A stretch of DNA of 61,831 nucleotides, taken from positions 1-61,831 of the forward strand of contig JBEVJH010000061.1 of the NCBI GenBank assembly GCA_040510355.1, given 5' to 3'. Below are positions 60,427-61,831 of the stretch, piece by piece; position 1 is the stretch's first letter, and every line of letters starts with the position of its first letter. The notes below the pieces were generated by a model that did no database searches, was not told where the DNA came from, and worked only from the letters and a program-made list of their open reading frames with translations. The DNA comes from Aestuariivirgaceae bacterium. GTDB lineage: Bacteria; Pseudomonadota; Alphaproteobacteria; Rhizobiales; Aestuariivirgaceae. The position numbers and the translations under genes are program-made.

Positions 60427-61493
60427 GGCCCGGCTCCGCTTCGCGCGAGATCAAGGCGCAGGCGGTAGCGCGAAAGGACCGCGGCCACCAGCACTGCAAG
60501 CAGTGCAAGTCCTTGGATTGCATCCGCCAGGAAAATCGGCACGCCGATCTGGCGCGACATCTCGCTGCTGCCGGTGATGATGGCCGCGAAGAACAAGGCG
60601 GCAGGAAGCACCGCAAGTGGCGACAGCCGCGCCAGCATGGCGACGGCGATTCCGGCGTAACCATAGCCGGGCGATATCGACCCCATCACCTGGAACTGGA
60701 TGCCGCCAACCTCGCCGGCACCGGCCAGCCCGGCCATCGCTCCCGAGAGCAGCGCAGTGATCAAGACGATCCGCTTGGGGTTCAGTCCGGCGTGTATTGC
60801 GGCGCGCGGATTGTCCCCGACGATGTCCATCGCCAATCCGAAGGTCGTGCGGCGGAGGATGAACGATACGCCAAGCGCCGACACGATGGCGATGATGATG
60901 CCCAGATGCAGCCGGGTGCCGCGCCAGAATGTCGGCCATTCGGCGGCGGCAAGGATGTCCGGGCTGTCGGTCCAGCCGCTGACCGGATCCTTCCAGGGTC
61001 CCGAGAGCAGTGCCGCCATGAAATACGCGATGATGAAATTGAGCATCAGGGTGCTGACGACTTCATCGGCCTCGAAACGGACCTTCAGGAAGGCCGGCAA
61101 TGCCGCCGCGAGCGCCGCTGCGCCGGCTGCGCCCAGGATCATCGAGGGGATCAGCAGCGGTTCGGGAATGACGGTTCTGGCGCCGATGAAGGCAGCCGCC
61201 ATGGCGCCGACCAGCAGCTGTCCCTCGCCGCCGATGTTCCAGAACTTGATCCTGAAGGCGACCAGCGCGGCGAGTCCTGTCAGCACGAGCGGGCTCGCCT
61301 TCGCCAGGGTCTCGGTGAGGGCCAGCTTGCCGAAAAGCGCCGACTTCACCAGCAGAACGAACCCGGTCAACGGATTGGCTCCGGCAAGCGCGATCAGAAA
61401 TCCCAGGATCGCCAAGCTGGCAACAATGGCCATCAGCGATGTCGCAAGCTCGCGCAGGCGCGATGGCGGCCGCGGTTCAAGCCGGACCCTCAT
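60423..61493 (-). CDS. ABC transporter permease (BPD_transp_2 type, YufP-like)
   Basis: 356 aa. SPLVLTGLAALVAFRIKFWNIGGEGQLLVGAMAA. ATGA overlap with the upstream ATPase stop. Confidence 0.82.
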   Translation of the reverse strand: MRVRLEPRPPSRLRELATSLMAIVASLAILGFLIALAGANPLTGFVLLVKSALFGKLALTETLAKASPLVLTGLAALVAFRIKFWNIGGEGQLLVGAMAAAFIGARTVIPEPLLIPSMILGAAGAAALAAALPAFLKVRFEADEVVSTLMLNFIIAYFMAALLSGPWKDPVSGWTDSPDILAAAEWPTFWRGTRLHLGIIIAIVSALGVSFILRRTTFGLAMDIVGDNPRAAIHAGLNPKRIVLITALLSGAMAGLAGAGEVGGIQFQVMGSISPGYGYAGIAVAMLARLSPLAVLPAALFFAAIITGSSEMSRQIGVPIFLADAIQGLALLAVLVAAVLSRYRLRLDLARSGAGP

Positions 61494-61831
61494 GAAGCGG
61501 CATCCGCGGATGGGCCGACACCGCTGATCGCCAGCCCGATGGCCGACAGGGTCGCAGCCTGGCGCTCGAGATTGCAGACGACCGTGCCCTCATACATCGC
61601 GACGATCCGGTCGCTGAGCTCGAAGATCTCTGCCAGATCGTCCGAGATCAGCAGGATCGCGCAACCATTCGCCCGCGCGCTGATGAGCTGGGCGTGAACA
61701 AAGGCGGCGGCGCTGACATCCAGTCCCCGGGTCGGCTGCGCGATGACCAGCACGCGCGGCGCAAAGGCAAGCTCGCGCGCCACCAGCGCCTTCTGCTGAT
61801 TGCCTCCGGAGAACGAGCCGACCGGCTGATC
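61490..61831 (-). CDS. ABC transporter ATP-binding protein, C-terminal part of the second NBD; the 5' end lies outside the window
   Basis: The reverse frame is open to the window edge. It encodes ...FSGGNQQKALVARELA...VLVIAQPTRGLDV...ILLISDDLAEI. Confidence 0.85.
   Translation of the reverse strand, partial: DQPVGSFSGGNQQKALVARELAFAPRVLVIAQPTRGLDVSAAAFVHAQLISARANGCAILLISDDLAEIFELSDRIVAMYEGTVVCNLERQAATLSAIGLAISGVGPSADAAS

Overview
High-GC chromosomal segment. Gene content suggests an alphaproteobacterium of the Rhizobiales/Hyphomicrobiales type, but that is inference only. All family calls were made by eye from motifs in the supplied translations; no searches were run.

I support about 58 protein-coding genes. 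In order:
- ilvI-ilvH-pdxJ-ilvC
- an orphan XRE/S24 repressor, divergent from pyrD
- a bacterial type IB topoisomerase
- a stand-alone processive GT2 synthase
- an FGE-like protein
- a sugar or amino-sugar locus: SMP-30 lactonase, SIS protein, FrcABC-like transporter, two SDRs and a SelA/DgaE-family PLP enzyme
- FbpABC-type iron uptake
- an RND efflux pair
- msrA and an aldehyde dehydrogenase
- a compact form-I aerobic CO dehydrogenase operon, coxMSLDEF
- a LysR regulator and a PNPOx-like protein
- a histidine kinase / FixJ-like regulator / CheY-like regulator operon, followed by a tiny secreted Cys peptide
- a beta-carbonic anhydrase
- a same-strand array of cyclase, MgtC, BclA/YddA-type ABC and cyclase
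- a PQQ-type dehydrogenase
- an orphan type I secretion ABC protein with an extra N-terminal membrane domain, next to an unknown protein
- a cupin, an L,D-transpeptidase and a DUF3616-like secreted protein
- a betaine-type ABC transporter with a tandem-fused permease, plus an M20 deacylase
- the end of a BMP-type ABC transporter

I found no rRNA, tRNA, CRISPR array, transposase or integrase. The many long ORFs antisense to real genes are high-GC artefacts.

The most interesting points:
1. Heptanucleotide tandem arrays sit exactly at convergent gene ends. They fold into long hairpins whose mismatches are G-U compatible on one strand only.
2. The kinase-less amino-sugar-like locus.
3. The orphan T1SS ABC fusion and its unknown neighbour.
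4. The cyclase-MgtC-BclA-cyclase array.
5. The small secreted peptide downstream of the two-component operon.

None of these can be called a new system from sequence alone.
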